Source: Dehalococcoidia bacterium (GTDB lineage Bacteria; Chloroflexota; Dehalococcoidia; UBA2979). Taken from it: 64,000 bases of DNA. Under the pieces are notes generated by a model that worked only from the letters and a program-made list of their open reading frames with translations, was not told the DNA's origin and ran no database searches. Positions within the stretch are counted from its first letter, which is position 1; each line of letters starts with the position of its first letter. The DNA lies in the NCBI GenBank assembly GCA_009692705.1, contig SHYR01000003.1, positions 5,170-69,169 of the forward strand, written 5' to 3'. Positions 10,131 through 18,279 of this stretch are shown in pieces. The position numbers were made by a program, and so were the translations under genes.

Positions 10131-11087
10131 CTACCAGACGTGGGTGGGCTCCAGCACCGGCTCCACGCGCACGTCCCGTCGCAGCATCGCCACGTCGGCG
10201 GCACGGCAGAGCGCGGTGCCCGGCGTCATGCAGACGGCGGACCCGGCCGCGCACGCCAGGGTGAGCGCCGCGCGCCAGTCGCCCTCGCGCTTCAGGCCCA
10301 GCAGCAGCCCGGCGAGGAAGCCGTCGCCGGCGCCGATCGAAGAGTCCACCTCCACCGGCGGCGCGAGCACGCGGAACACGCCCGCCTCGGTCACGGCGAC
10401 CGCGCCGTAGGCGCCGCGCGTGATCACCACATTGGGCACGCCGCGCATGTGCAGCTCGCGCGCGGCCTCCAGCGCATCCTCCTCGCCGGGCAGCGGGCGG
10501 TGCAGCACGCGCCCGGCCTCGTGGTCGTTGAGCTTGAGCAGCGTCGGTCGCGCGTCGGAGCGCAGCACCGCCTCCACCACCGGCCCGTCAGCGTCGAGCG
10601 CGGTGAGGGCGCGGGCCGCCGCCGCCGCGCCGATCAGCTCGATGTGCAGCGAGGGGTCCAACGGCGGCGGGATCGAGCCTGCGAGCACCAGCCAGTCGCC
10701 CGCGCGCACGCGCCGCCGCAGGCGCTCGCACAGCAACGCCACGGCCTGCGGCGGCACCTGCGGGCCGGCCGTGGCCAGCACCGTCAGCGTGTGGCTGGAG
10801 CGATCGATGATGTGGATGTTGGTGCGGGTCTCGCCGGGGAAGCTGATCAGCTCGGTGCCGATCCCCAGATCCTGCAGCGAGTCCTCGATCATGCGACCGA
10901 GGTGGCCCGCCACGAACCCAGTCGCCACCGGCTCGAAGCCCAGCTCCTTGAGCACGCGCGCAACGTTGATGCCCTTGCCGCCGATGTCGCGGCGGATGGC
11001 GAGCACGCGGTTGGTGTCGCCGTAGATCAACCGCCCGACATCGACCATCTCGTCGATCGCCGGGTTGAGCGTCAGGGTGATGATCAC
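10131..11087 (-). CDS. PfkB-family sugar kinase (1-phosphofructokinase / tagatose-6-phosphate kinase type)
   Basis: ITLTLNPAIDEMV..., DIGGKGINVARVLKELG, and C-terminal DSSIGAGDGFLAGLL. Start taken at the GTG of VIITLTLNP, preceded by AGGTGGGG. The listed ORF extends further upstream across a repeat. Confidence 0.8.
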   Translation of the reverse strand: MIITLTLNPAIDEMVDVGRLIYGDTNRVLAIRRDIGGKGINVARVLKELGFEPVATGFVAGHLGRMIEDSLQDLGIGTELISFPGETRTNIHIIDRSSHTLTVLATAGPQVPPQAVALLCERLRRRVRAGDWLVLAGSIPPPLDPSLHIELIGAAAAARALTALDADGPVVEAVLRSDARPTLLKLNDHEAGRVLHRPLPGEEDALEAARELHMRGVPNVVITRGAYGAVAVTEAGVFRVLAPPVEVDSSIGAGDGFLAGLLLGLKREGDWRAALTLACAAGSAVCMTPGTALCRAADVAMLRRDVRVEPVLEPTHVW

Positions 11088-11213
11088 GGCGCACCCCACC
11101 TGCGATCGCAACGGCCGCCGGATCAGTCTACGCAGCGCGTGCGGGAGCAACCAGCCCGCGCCGCCTCGACGAGCAACAGTTGCACCGCGCAACCCGGCCG
11201 CCGCGTAGCCGCA

Positions 11214-11243
11214 CCACCAGATTCCACCAGATTCCACCAGATT
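11214..11243. repeat. Perfect 10-bp tandem repeat x3 (CCACCAGATT)
   Basis: Plus strand reads ccaccagatt ccaccagatt ccaccagatt. It lies in the spacer between the comF 3' end and the PfkB-kinase start. Confidence 0.9.
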
Positions 11244-11276
11244 CGAGCCAGCCACGCCCCACCGGGCGCCCGCGCG

Positions 11277-11829
11277 CTAGTCCTCGCGCGCCAGCGCCAG
11301 CGCGTACACGCGCTGCGCGCCCGCCCGCCGCAGCGCCCGCGCCAGTGGTCGTGACGTCGTCCACCAGCAGCAGCCGCGCAGGCGGCTCGCCCGCCACCGC
11401 GAACGCGCCGTCGAGGTTGCGCGCCCGCTGCTCGGCGCTGAGCCCGCTCTGCGGCGGCGTCGCCCGCACACGCCACAGCAGCGAGCAGTCGAGTGGCCGC
11501 GCCAGCGCCGCCGCGACCTCGCGCGCGACGATCTCCGACTGGTTGTGGCCGCGCCGCCGCTCGCGCGCCGCGTGCAGCGGCACCGGCACCACCGCCCCCA
11601 GCGTCGCCACCTCCCACTGCGCGGGGACGGCCGCCGCGGCCGCGCGCGCGAGCGGCGGCAGCAGCCGCGTCACGCCCCGGAACTTCGCCTCCAGCACCGC
11701 GCGCCGCGCGGCCCCCGCAAAGCGAAACGGCGTGCACAGCGCCGCGAAGGCCGGCGGCGCATCGAGGCAGCGATCGTGCAGCGCCGCGCCGAACGTGCCG
11801 CAGGCCAGACAGCGCTGCGGCAGCAACAC
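11277..11829 (-). pseudogene. comF: ComF-family phosphoribosyltransferase-like protein, frame-disrupted near its 3' end
   Basis: N-terminal Zn motif (CLACG...LHDRCL) and PRT motif (LLLVDDVTTTG) are in one frame (ORF 11128-11829). The canonical ComF C-terminus ALRRAGAQRVYALALARED-stop is in another frame (ORF 11277-11471). The switch occurs at a G/C run near 11336-11340. Confidence 0.6.
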
Positions 11830-11882
11830 CTCCGCCAGCTCCCCGGCGAGCAGCCGCCACCAGGCGCCGCCTGTATGCGGTC

Positions 11883-11888
11883 TATAAT
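11883..11888 (+). promoter_or_regulatory. Candidate -10 box TATAAT upstream of moaD-moaE
   Basis: ggtcTATAATcgagg lies 46 nt before the GTG start. No convincing -35 was seen. The same TATAATCGA(G/A)G string recurs at 60627. Confidence 0.3.
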
Positions 11889-11933
11889 CGAGGCACGAAC
11901 CCGCACACCCCGCCGCGAGTGGAGCACACCCCG

Positions 11934-12647
11934 GTGCGCGTACGCGTCAAGCTCTTCGCCGGCCTCAAGGACGTGATCGGCGGCGACCTCGAAGAGCGCT
12001 TCGAGGGCCCCACCGTCACGGTCCAGCAGCTGCACGAACGGCTGGAGCGCGCCTACCCGCTGCTCGCGCCCCGCCTGGCCGGCGTGGCGATCGCCGTCAA
12101 CCAGGAGTTCATGCTCGACGGCGGCCACGAGCTGCACGACGGCGACGAGGTGGCGCTGATCCCGCCGATCTCGGGCGGCTCAGGCGACGTCGAGCCCGGC
12201 GCTGACGCCGCGGGCACGCCGCACTTCCTGATCACCGAGCGCCCCCTCGACCCGCGCGCGCTGCGCGAGCTGGTGCGCGGCAACCACAGCGGCGCGATCG
12301 TGATCTTCGAGGGCGTCGTGCGCGACCGCCACGAGGGCTACGAGGTGCAGCGCATCGAGTACCACGCCTACGAGTCGATGGCGCTGAAGCAGCTGCAGGC
12401 GGTCGCCGAGGCCGTGCGCGCCGAGCTGGCGGTGCACGACATCGCGATCCACCACCGCACCGGCAGGCTCGAGATCGGCGAGGCCTCGCTCGTGGTCGCC
12501 GTCTCCGCGGAACACCGCGCCGAAGCCTTCGCCGCCGCGCTGCGCGCCGTCGACCGCGTGAAGGAGAGCGTGCCGGTGTGGAAGCGGGAGTTCACGCCCG
12601 ATGGCCCACGCTGGCAGGAGGGCTCGCCAGCCCGCCCGGTCAGGTAA
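11934..12647 (+). CDS. Fused molybdopterin synthase: MoaD (sulfur carrier, internal Gly-Gly) joined to MoaE (catalytic subunit)
   Basis: VRVRVKLFAGLKD...DGDEVALIPPISGG, then a 15-aa linker, then the MoaE core FEGVVRDRHEGYEVQRIEYHAYESMA...HHRTGRLEIGEASLVVAVSAEHRAEAF...VPVWKRE. GTG start at 11934 with GGAG upstream. The listed ORF start at 11493 is a GC-rich run-in. Confidence 0.85.
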   Translation: MRVRVKLFAGLKDVIGGDLEERFEGPTVTVQQLHERLERAYPLLAPRLAGVAIAVNQEFMLDGGHELHDGDEVALIPPISGGSGDVEPGADAAGTPHFLITERPLDPRALRELVRGNHSGAIVIFEGVVRDRHEGYEVQRIEYHAYESMALKQLQAVAEAVRAELAVHDIAIHHRTGRLEIGEASLVVAVSAEHRAEAFAAALRAVDRVKESVPVWKREFTPDGPRWQEGSPARPVR

Positions 12648-12690
12648 CGGGAGCCCCAGATACGCTGCGGCTAGAACGTCGGCCCAGCGA

Positions 12691-13069
12691 TCAGCTCGGA
12701 GCCTCGGCGCTATCGTCGTTGTCCACGCCATCACCGTCGCCAGCGCCAGGACCTGCCTCCGCCCGCAGGCGCGCCGCCAAAGATTCCTCGCGCCGCGCGA
12801 CGACTTCCCGGTTTGCTGGGATCAACCGAATCAAGATCAGACCGAGGACGCTGAACATCGCGCCCAGACTTCCCACGCAGCCACGGGCTGCGTCCCTTGT
12901 TTCGCGCAATATCAGCGCTAGTCCAGATTGAGAAGATCAAGAGCGCAGCGGGGACAGCTATGAAAAAGAAAAGGAGGAAAAAAAGTATACGAAATATCAG
13001 GGCGTGACGGAAGTTGGCACGACCGCATTCTAGCAGAGCGGCTAAGCGCGGCCCATCAGCGCCGCCCAT
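12691..13069 (-). pseudogene. Small two-TM membrane protein (KGRSPW-type) split by a +1 frameshift, in a low-GC islet
   Basis: Frame A reads ...ILFFLLFFFIAVPAALLIFSIWTSADIARNKGRSPWLRG. Frame B continues SLGAMFSVLGLILIRLIPANREVV...-stop. The switch is at plus-strand acttccc, about 12868-12874. Confidence 0.35.
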
Positions 13070-13125
13070 CGGGGCGTGCTCGCGACTGCCACAACCACCG
13101 GAGCAAGCCGAGGCCGGACCCGTCG

Positions 13126-14490
13126 CTAACCCGCCGCCGACCCCGCGAGGCGGTAGTCCGGCGCGAGGATCTCGTACACCACCACGGTGTCGAGGTCGGC
13201 GAGGCGCGAGCGGATGCGCGGCTCGATCTGCTTCAGCTCGAGATTGGTGGTGATCACGGTCGGCACCCGCCCGAGGTGGCGGTGGTTGAGCAGCTGATAC
13301 AGCTTCTCCTCCGCCCACGGGCTGGAGTGGTGCGCACCGAGGTCGTCCAGCACCAGCAGCCGCACCTCCAGCAGCCGCTGGAACGCGGTGTCGAAGCGCT
13401 CCGTCGCGGCCGGCGCGAAGGTCGAGCGCAGGCGGTCGAGCAGGTCGGGCACGGTGGCGAAGCAGACGGTGTCGCCCTGCTCCAGCCGCGCCCCCGCGAT
13501 CGCCGCCGCGAGGTGCGTCTTGCCGCAGCCGTTGGCGCCAATGAACACCAGCCAGCCGTCCGGCGCGGTCGCCCAGCTGCGCGCGGCGCGAAAGGCCCCC
13601 TCCAGGTTGTCGCGCTGCTTGCCGCGCAGCCCGCGCCCCGCGGGCTTGAAGGCGTCGAAGCTGAACGCCGCGAGCCGTTCGCGCGTCATGCCGCCGACCT
13701 CGAAGTAGGCGGGCAGCGTGCGCTCCTCCAGCGTCACGACCTGCGCGATCGCGGGGTCGGTGAGCCGCGCGCCGAGCCGCTGGTCGACCTCCGCCGGCGG
13801 GCGCTCACAGGTGAAGACGGTGGGCAGCGCGGCGTGGAAGCGGTGCGAGACCAGCTGCAGGAACTTCTCGCGCGCCCACGGCGTCTCGGCGTAGCTCTCC
13901 AGGTCGTCCAGCACCACCAGCGGCGCGGCGCGCAGCTGCTCCAGCAGCTGATCGTACGGCAGCTCCGCGCCCTCCTGGTAGGACGCGCGCAGATGGTCGA
14001 GCAGGTCCGCCACCGAGAGGAAGAGCGCCGGCTCGCCGCGCTCGATCGCGCGGTTTGCGATCGCCGCCGCCAGGTGCGTCTTGCCGCAGCCGGGCACGCC
14101 CGCGATCACCAGCCAGCCCTGCGGGTGCTCCGCGAAGCGCTCCGCCGCCGCCACCGCGTGCGCGTAGCGCTCGCGCGCCTCGCGCTGCGAGGAGCGCCCC
14201 TCGCGCAGCAGCGTGCCGAAGGTGAAGCGGGCCAGCGCCCCCAGCCGCGAGTAGCGCACGAGGCGGTCGCGGCGCGTGTGCACGTCCTCCTGTCGCACGC
14301 ACTGACACGGCTCGGGCTGGCCGAAGCGCGGGTCCGCGGGATCGCCGCTGACGCGCACGAAGCGCGCGCCGCCGCAGATCGGGCAACCCTCCGGCGTCTC
14401 CGGCGACGTCACGGCCGCGTCAGGGCCAGGAGCGCCGGGCGACCTTTGCAAAGGGGTCGTGGTCGCGAGAATCTCCCCCAGCCGTCGCAT
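13126..14490 (-). CDS. DnaC/DnaI-like helicase loader with N-terminal zinc knuckle and TWO tandem AAA+ modules
   Basis: CPICGG...PCQC comes first. Module 1 has GVPGCGKTHLAAAIA / LVVLDDL. Module 2 has GANGCGKTHLAAAIA / LLVLDDL / VITTN / RIRSRL. An alternative GTG start at 14412 would remove the 71-nt overlap with the upstream gene. Confidence 0.75.
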   Translation of the reverse strand: MRRLGEILATTTPLQRSPGAPGPDAAVTSPETPEGCPICGGARFVRVSGDPADPRFGQPEPCQCVRQEDVHTRRDRLVRYSRLGALARFTFGTLLREGRSSQREARERYAHAVAAAERFAEHPQGWLVIAGVPGCGKTHLAAAIANRAIERGEPALFLSVADLLDHLRASYQEGAELPYDQLLEQLRAAPLVVLDDLESYAETPWAREKFLQLVSHRFHAALPTVFTCERPPAEVDQRLGARLTDPAIAQVVTLEERTLPAYFEVGGMTRERLAAFSFDAFKPAGRGLRGKQRDNLEGAFRAARSWATAPDGWLVFIGANGCGKTHLAAAIAGARLEQGDTVCFATVPDLLDRLRSTFAPAATERFDTAFQRLLEVRLLVLDDLGAHHSSPWAEEKLYQLLNHRHLGRVPTVITTNLELKQIEPRIRSRLADLDTVVVYEILAPDYRLAGSAAG

Positions 14491-15106
14491 CGTCCCTCCC
14501 TTCCCGCTCCCAGCGGCGCAGCACCGCCTCCGCGTAGCGCCAGGAGCGCGCGTTGCGCTGCGCCGCCAGCCGCAGCGCCTCCACGATCCACGCCTCCGGG
14601 TAGCGCCCGGAGGCCTCCGCCAGCGCCTCCGCCACCGCCGGCGTGAGCGTACCGATCTCCTGCTCGTAGACGCGGGCGGGCGGCTCCGCGCTCTCGGCGG
14701 GCGGGGCCGGCCGCGCGCCCACGCCGGGCGCCGCGAGCGCGCCGCTGCGCACGCGCAGCAGGTTGCGGCGGCCGCCCTCGCTGTTCACGAAGTAGAGCGT
14801 GTCGCCATCCTCCAGCGGGCAAGCGAGCAGCGTGCCGCGCGCCGCCGCGCGCGCCAGCGCGCCGTCCAGCGCGTCGACACCCCCGCAGGGCGCGAGCCAG
14901 CGCGCGAGCGGCGGCTCCGCGCGCAGCTGGCTCGCCCGCACCGCGCGCAGCGCGCCGCGCCGCAGGGCGATCGCGTACAGCGCGTAGAGCGTCGCGCGCA
15001 GCTCCGCGGCATCCTCGATCGCCGGCAGCACCTCGACGAAGAGCTGCCCGGGCAGCGTCACCGCCGCGCCCCCGGTGATGAAGCCCGCAAACGGCGCCTC
15101 GGCCAT
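14420..15106 (-). CDS. DnaD-domain replication protein (helicase-loading accessory)
   Basis: C-terminal DnaD-like block: VYEQEIGTLTPAVAEALAEASGRYPEAWIVEALRLAAQRNARSWRYAEAVLRRWEREG. The ATG at 15106 overlaps the dnaB stop (TGATG). Confidence 0.7.
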   Translation of the reverse strand: MAEAPFAGFITGGAAVTLPGQLFVEVLPAIEDAAELRATLYALYAIALRRGALRAVRASQLRAEPPLARWLAPCGGVDALDGALARAAARGTLLACPLEDGDTLYFVNSEGGRRNLLRVRSGALAAPGVGARPAPPAESAEPPARVYEQEIGTLTPAVAEALAEASGRYPEAWIVEALRLAAQRNARSWRYAEAVLRRWEREGRDDATAGGDSRDHDPFAKVARRSWP

Positions 15107-16524
15107 CAGTCGAAGTCCGGGCTGGGCTCGCGCAGCACGAGGTCCTGGAAGGAGGCGGTGCGGTCGCGGAAGCGCACGGTGACGGTGTCGGTGGGGCCGT
15201 TGCGGTGCTTGGCGATGATGATCTGCGCCAGCCCCGACGGGTGCTGCCCGCCCGGCCGGTCCGGGTGCTCGTCCTGCCACTGCTCGGCGGTCTTGTAGAC
15301 GTCCTCGCGGTAGATGAACATCACCACGTCGGAGTCCTGCTCGATGGAGCCCGACTCGCGCAGATCCGAGAGCATGGGGATGTGCGGCGTGCGCGACTCC
15401 ACCGCGCGCGAGAGCTGGGCCGCCGCGATCACCGGCACATGCAGCTCGCGCGCCAGCTCCTTGAGCGAACGCGTGATGCCGCTGACCTCGTTGGCGCGGG
15501 TGTCAGCGCGGCCCGCGCCGTGCACCAGCTGCAGGTAGTCAACGACCACCAGATCCAGCCCGCGGTCCGCCTGCAGGCGGCGGCACTTGGCGCGGATCTC
15601 CGGCACCGTCAGCACCGCCGAGTCATCGATGTAGAGCGCGCTCTCGCTCAGCACGCCGATGGCGTGCATGATCCGCCGCTCCTCGTCGTCGCGGTGCTGC
15701 CCGAGCCGCAGCCGCGTCGCCGGCACATCTGCCTCCGCCGACAGCAGGCGCATCGCGAGCTGGTCGCCGCTCATCTCCAGCGAGAAGAAGGCGACCGCGG
15801 CGCGCTGCCCGATGGCGGCGTTGCGCGCGAAGTTCAACAGCAGCGCGGTCTTGCCCACGCCGGTGCGCGCCGCCAGCACCACGAGGTCGCCGCGCTTGAA
15901 GCCCCCGAGCACGGTGTCGAGGTCCATAAAGCCGCTACGCACGCTCTGCTCGAGGCTGCCGGGCGCCTCGCCGGGGTCCTCCAGGAACTGCTCCAGCAGC
16001 TGGCGCAGGCTCTTGAACTCGCCCGCGCGCTCGCTGGAGCGCACGCCCAGCAGCAGCTGCTCCGCCTCCGCCAGCACCCGGGCGGCGTCCGGCCCGCCCT
16101 GGTAGGCGGTCTGGGCGATGCGGCCCGCGACCTCGATCAGGCGGCGGTAGAGCGCGTCCCGCGCCACGATGCGCGCGTGCGCCTCCACGCCGACGGCGGT
16201 GAAGTACTTGCCCGCGATCTCGACCAGGTAGGCCTCGCCGCCGGCGGCGTCGAGGCGGCCCTGACGCTCCAGCTCGTGCGCCAGCGTGGGCAAGGTGACC
16301 GCGTCGCCGCGGTCGGCGAGCGCGATCGCCGCCTCGTAGCACCAGCCGTTCTGCTCGCGGAAGAAGTCGGAGACCTCGAGTATGGGCAGGACGCGCGGGT
16401 AGGCGTCCTCGTCCAGCAGCAGGGCGGCGATCACCGCCTCCTCAGCGCCGACGTCGTGCGGCGGCAGCCCGCCCTGGGGACGGCTCTGCGGCCGCAGCTG
16501 CGCCGGGCGGCCCTCGATCACCAC
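15106..16524 (-). CDS. dnaB: Replicative DNA helicase
   Basis: 472 aa. PPHDVGAEEAVIAALL, Walker A ARTGVGKTALLLN, and VVVDYLQLV, SRAVESR, LSDLRESGSIEQDSDVVMFIYRED. Confidence 0.95.
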   Translation of the reverse strand: MVIEGRPAQLRPQSRPQGGLPPHDVGAEEAVIAALLLDEDAYPRVLPILEVSDFFREQNGWCYEAAIALADRGDAVTLPTLAHELERQGRLDAAGGEAYLVEIAGKYFTAVGVEAHARIVARDALYRRLIEVAGRIAQTAYQGGPDAARVLAEAEQLLLGVRSSERAGEFKSLRQLLEQFLEDPGEAPGSLEQSVRSGFMDLDTVLGGFKRGDLVVLAARTGVGKTALLLNFARNAAIGQRAAVAFFSLEMSGDQLAMRLLSAEADVPATRLRLGQHRDDEERRIMHAIGVLSESALYIDDSAVLTVPEIRAKCRRLQADRGLDLVVVDYLQLVHGAGRADTRANEVSGITRSLKELARELHVPVIAAAQLSRAVESRTPHIPMLSDLRESGSIEQDSDVVMFIYREDVYKTAEQWQDEHPDRPGGQHPSGLAQIIIAKHRNGPTDTVTVRFRDRTASFQDLVLREPSPDFD

Positions 16525-16611
16525 GGCCTGGGACCGCGAATCGCGCGCGACCGCTCACGGGACGGCTGCCGCGCCGCCGGGCGGCGCTCTGCGTGCGGCA
16601 AGGCCGGGGGC

Positions 16612-17277
16612 CTAGGGGGCCGGCTCGTCCTCCCCCGCAGCGCCGCGAGTGCGCGCGGAACCGGGGGCGGAGGCGGGCTCGGTGGATGTGTCGTTGCCCG
16701 GCTCCGACGCGCCAGCGGCGCTGGCGTCGCCGGTGCTGCCCACCGCTGTGACCGCGGGCGCGGCCGCCGGCTCCGCCTCGAGAGGCGGGGCCAACAGGCG
16801 TTGCACGGCCGTCTCGACGCCTTCCGGCGCCTCGACGTCCACCACGGCCACCTGCACACTCGCCGTCACATTACGCGACAGGCGGATGGGCACGGTGTAC
16901 AGCCCGACGCTCCGAATCACCTCGGGCAGCAGGATGCGACGCCGGTCCAGTTCCTCGCCAAGAATCTCCCCAGCCTTCTCGGCGATGTCACCGTTGGTGA
17001 CGGAACCGTACAGGCGCCCCTGCTCGCCCACCCTGACGGCCACAACGAGCGTCCGGTCCGCGAGCTTGCCGACGAGCTCGCGAGCCTGCTCGTCCTGGAC
17101 CCGCTGCCGCTCCGCCTCGATCGCGGCGAGCGTTTCGGCCCGCCTGAGGACGTGCGGCGTTGCCGGCGCGGCGAGGCCGCGCGGCAAGAGGAAGTTGCGG
17201 GCGTACCCATTGGCGACGTCTTTGACATCGCCCATGGCGCCCGATCCCTCAACGGACTCCAGGAACACGACCTTCAC
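16612..17277 (-). CDS. rplI: 50S ribosomal protein L9 with about 75-aa Ala/Pro/Glu-rich C-terminal extension
   Basis: VKVVFLESVEGSGAMGDVKDVANGYARNFLLPRGLA. GTG start at 17277 preceded by GAGGG. Confidence 0.85.
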   Translation of the reverse strand: MKVVFLESVEGSGAMGDVKDVANGYARNFLLPRGLAAPATPHVLRRAETLAAIEAERQRVQDEQARELVGKLADRTLVVAVRVGEQGRLYGSVTNGDIAEKAGEILGEELDRRRILLPEVIRSVGLYTVPIRLSRNVTASVQVAVVDVEAPEGVETAVQRLLAPPLEAEPAAAPAVTAVGSTGDASAAGASEPGNDTSTEPASAPGSARTRGAAGEDEPAP

Positions 17278-17743
17278 GGTGAACACCCTCTCGGCGTGTC
17301 GGAGCCGGGACGCCGCACATCGTAGCGGAGCGCACCCGGCGCGGAAGCGCACTTATCGGCAGAGCTGTCCAAAATCCACCGAGCAGCGGCTCCGCGCGAA
17401 TCTGGGAGACAGTGGATAGCGTGTGGCTCCTTGTGGGGAGCCGCGCCCCGCCCCTCGCGGGCCGGGGAGGTAGCGTACCGACGGCCCCTGCCGAGCGCAA
17501 TCCGGGAACCGGCTCGCCCAGCGCCGCCTCGACGGCGGCTGCATCAATGCAAGAACAGGTGTTCCACTATTGTCAAACTGATGTTCTGAGGAGGGAAGTG
17601 CAGAATCCAAGCGTGTCCGGGAGAAGATGACGCTGAGCGCGGCCACTTATGCGACCCGCCGCAACACCTCCCACACACGCTCGATCTCCCCGCCCGCAGC
17701 AGTGGCTGCCAAGCGCGCGTTCCCCCCTACGCCGCGGCGCCCC

Positions 17744-18250
17744 CTACGCGAACTCCACGCGGTACCGCACCTGCACCGCGCCGCGCTCCAGCTTCTCCCC
17801 GCCGTCCTCGCGCCAGCCAGCGATCGTGTAGAACCGCCGCGCGCGCGCGTTGTCGCGGAACACCCACAGCGTGGCGACGCTGAAGCCACGCCGGCGCAGG
17901 TCGTTGACGGCGTGCGCGAAGAGCGCGCGGCCAACCCCGGCGCCCGCCCACTCCCGCTCGAGGTAGATCGCCGTCACCTCGCCGGTGCCAGTCGCGGCCT
18001 CCGCGTCGTCGCTCGGCGCGGTGTGCGCGAAGCCCACGATGCGGCCACCGCCGTCCGCAACCCACAGCCGGTGCTCCCCCGGCAGCTCGCTCGCCATGCG
18101 CGACCAGTAGTCGATGTAGCGCTGCTCCGGCAGCGTCGCCAGCACCTCGTCCGGCACGACTCCCGGGTACGCCCAGCGCCAGCCGCGCACGTGCAGCGAG
18201 CCGATCGCGGGGCCCTCGTCGGCGGCCGCCCGCCGCAGCGTGATCTCCAT
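17744..18250 (-). CDS. GNAT-family N-acetyltransferase
   Basis: Start at MEITLRRAAADE. Acetyl-CoA motif region VTAIYLEREWAGAGVGRALFAHAVNDLRRRGF. Confidence 0.8.
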   Translation of the reverse strand: MEITLRRAAADEGPAIGSLHVRGWRWAYPGVVPDEVLATLPEQRYIDYWSRMASELPGEHRLWVADGGGRIVGFAHTAPSDDAEAATGTGEVTAIYLEREWAGAGVGRALFAHAVNDLRRRGFSVATLWVFRDNARARRFYTIAGWREDGGEKLERGAVQVRYRVEFA

Positions 18251-18279
18251 GCGCTCCGCGATCTCCGCGATCTCCGCGC

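Noticed and set aside
13126-14490. An IstB-like AAA+ protein could indicate an IS21-family mobile element.
   Set aside because: There is no IstA transposase and no inverted repeats. The gene is translationally coupled to dnaB and a DnaD-domain gene, so it is called a chromosomal helicase loader.
17400-17520. Possible c-di-AMP (ydaO-type) riboswitch, because of GAATC/GGGGAG/CCGA-like strings on the plus strand.
   Set aside because: The order and spacing of the strings do not fit the pseudo-symmetric consensus as remembered. No plus-strand gene follows it.
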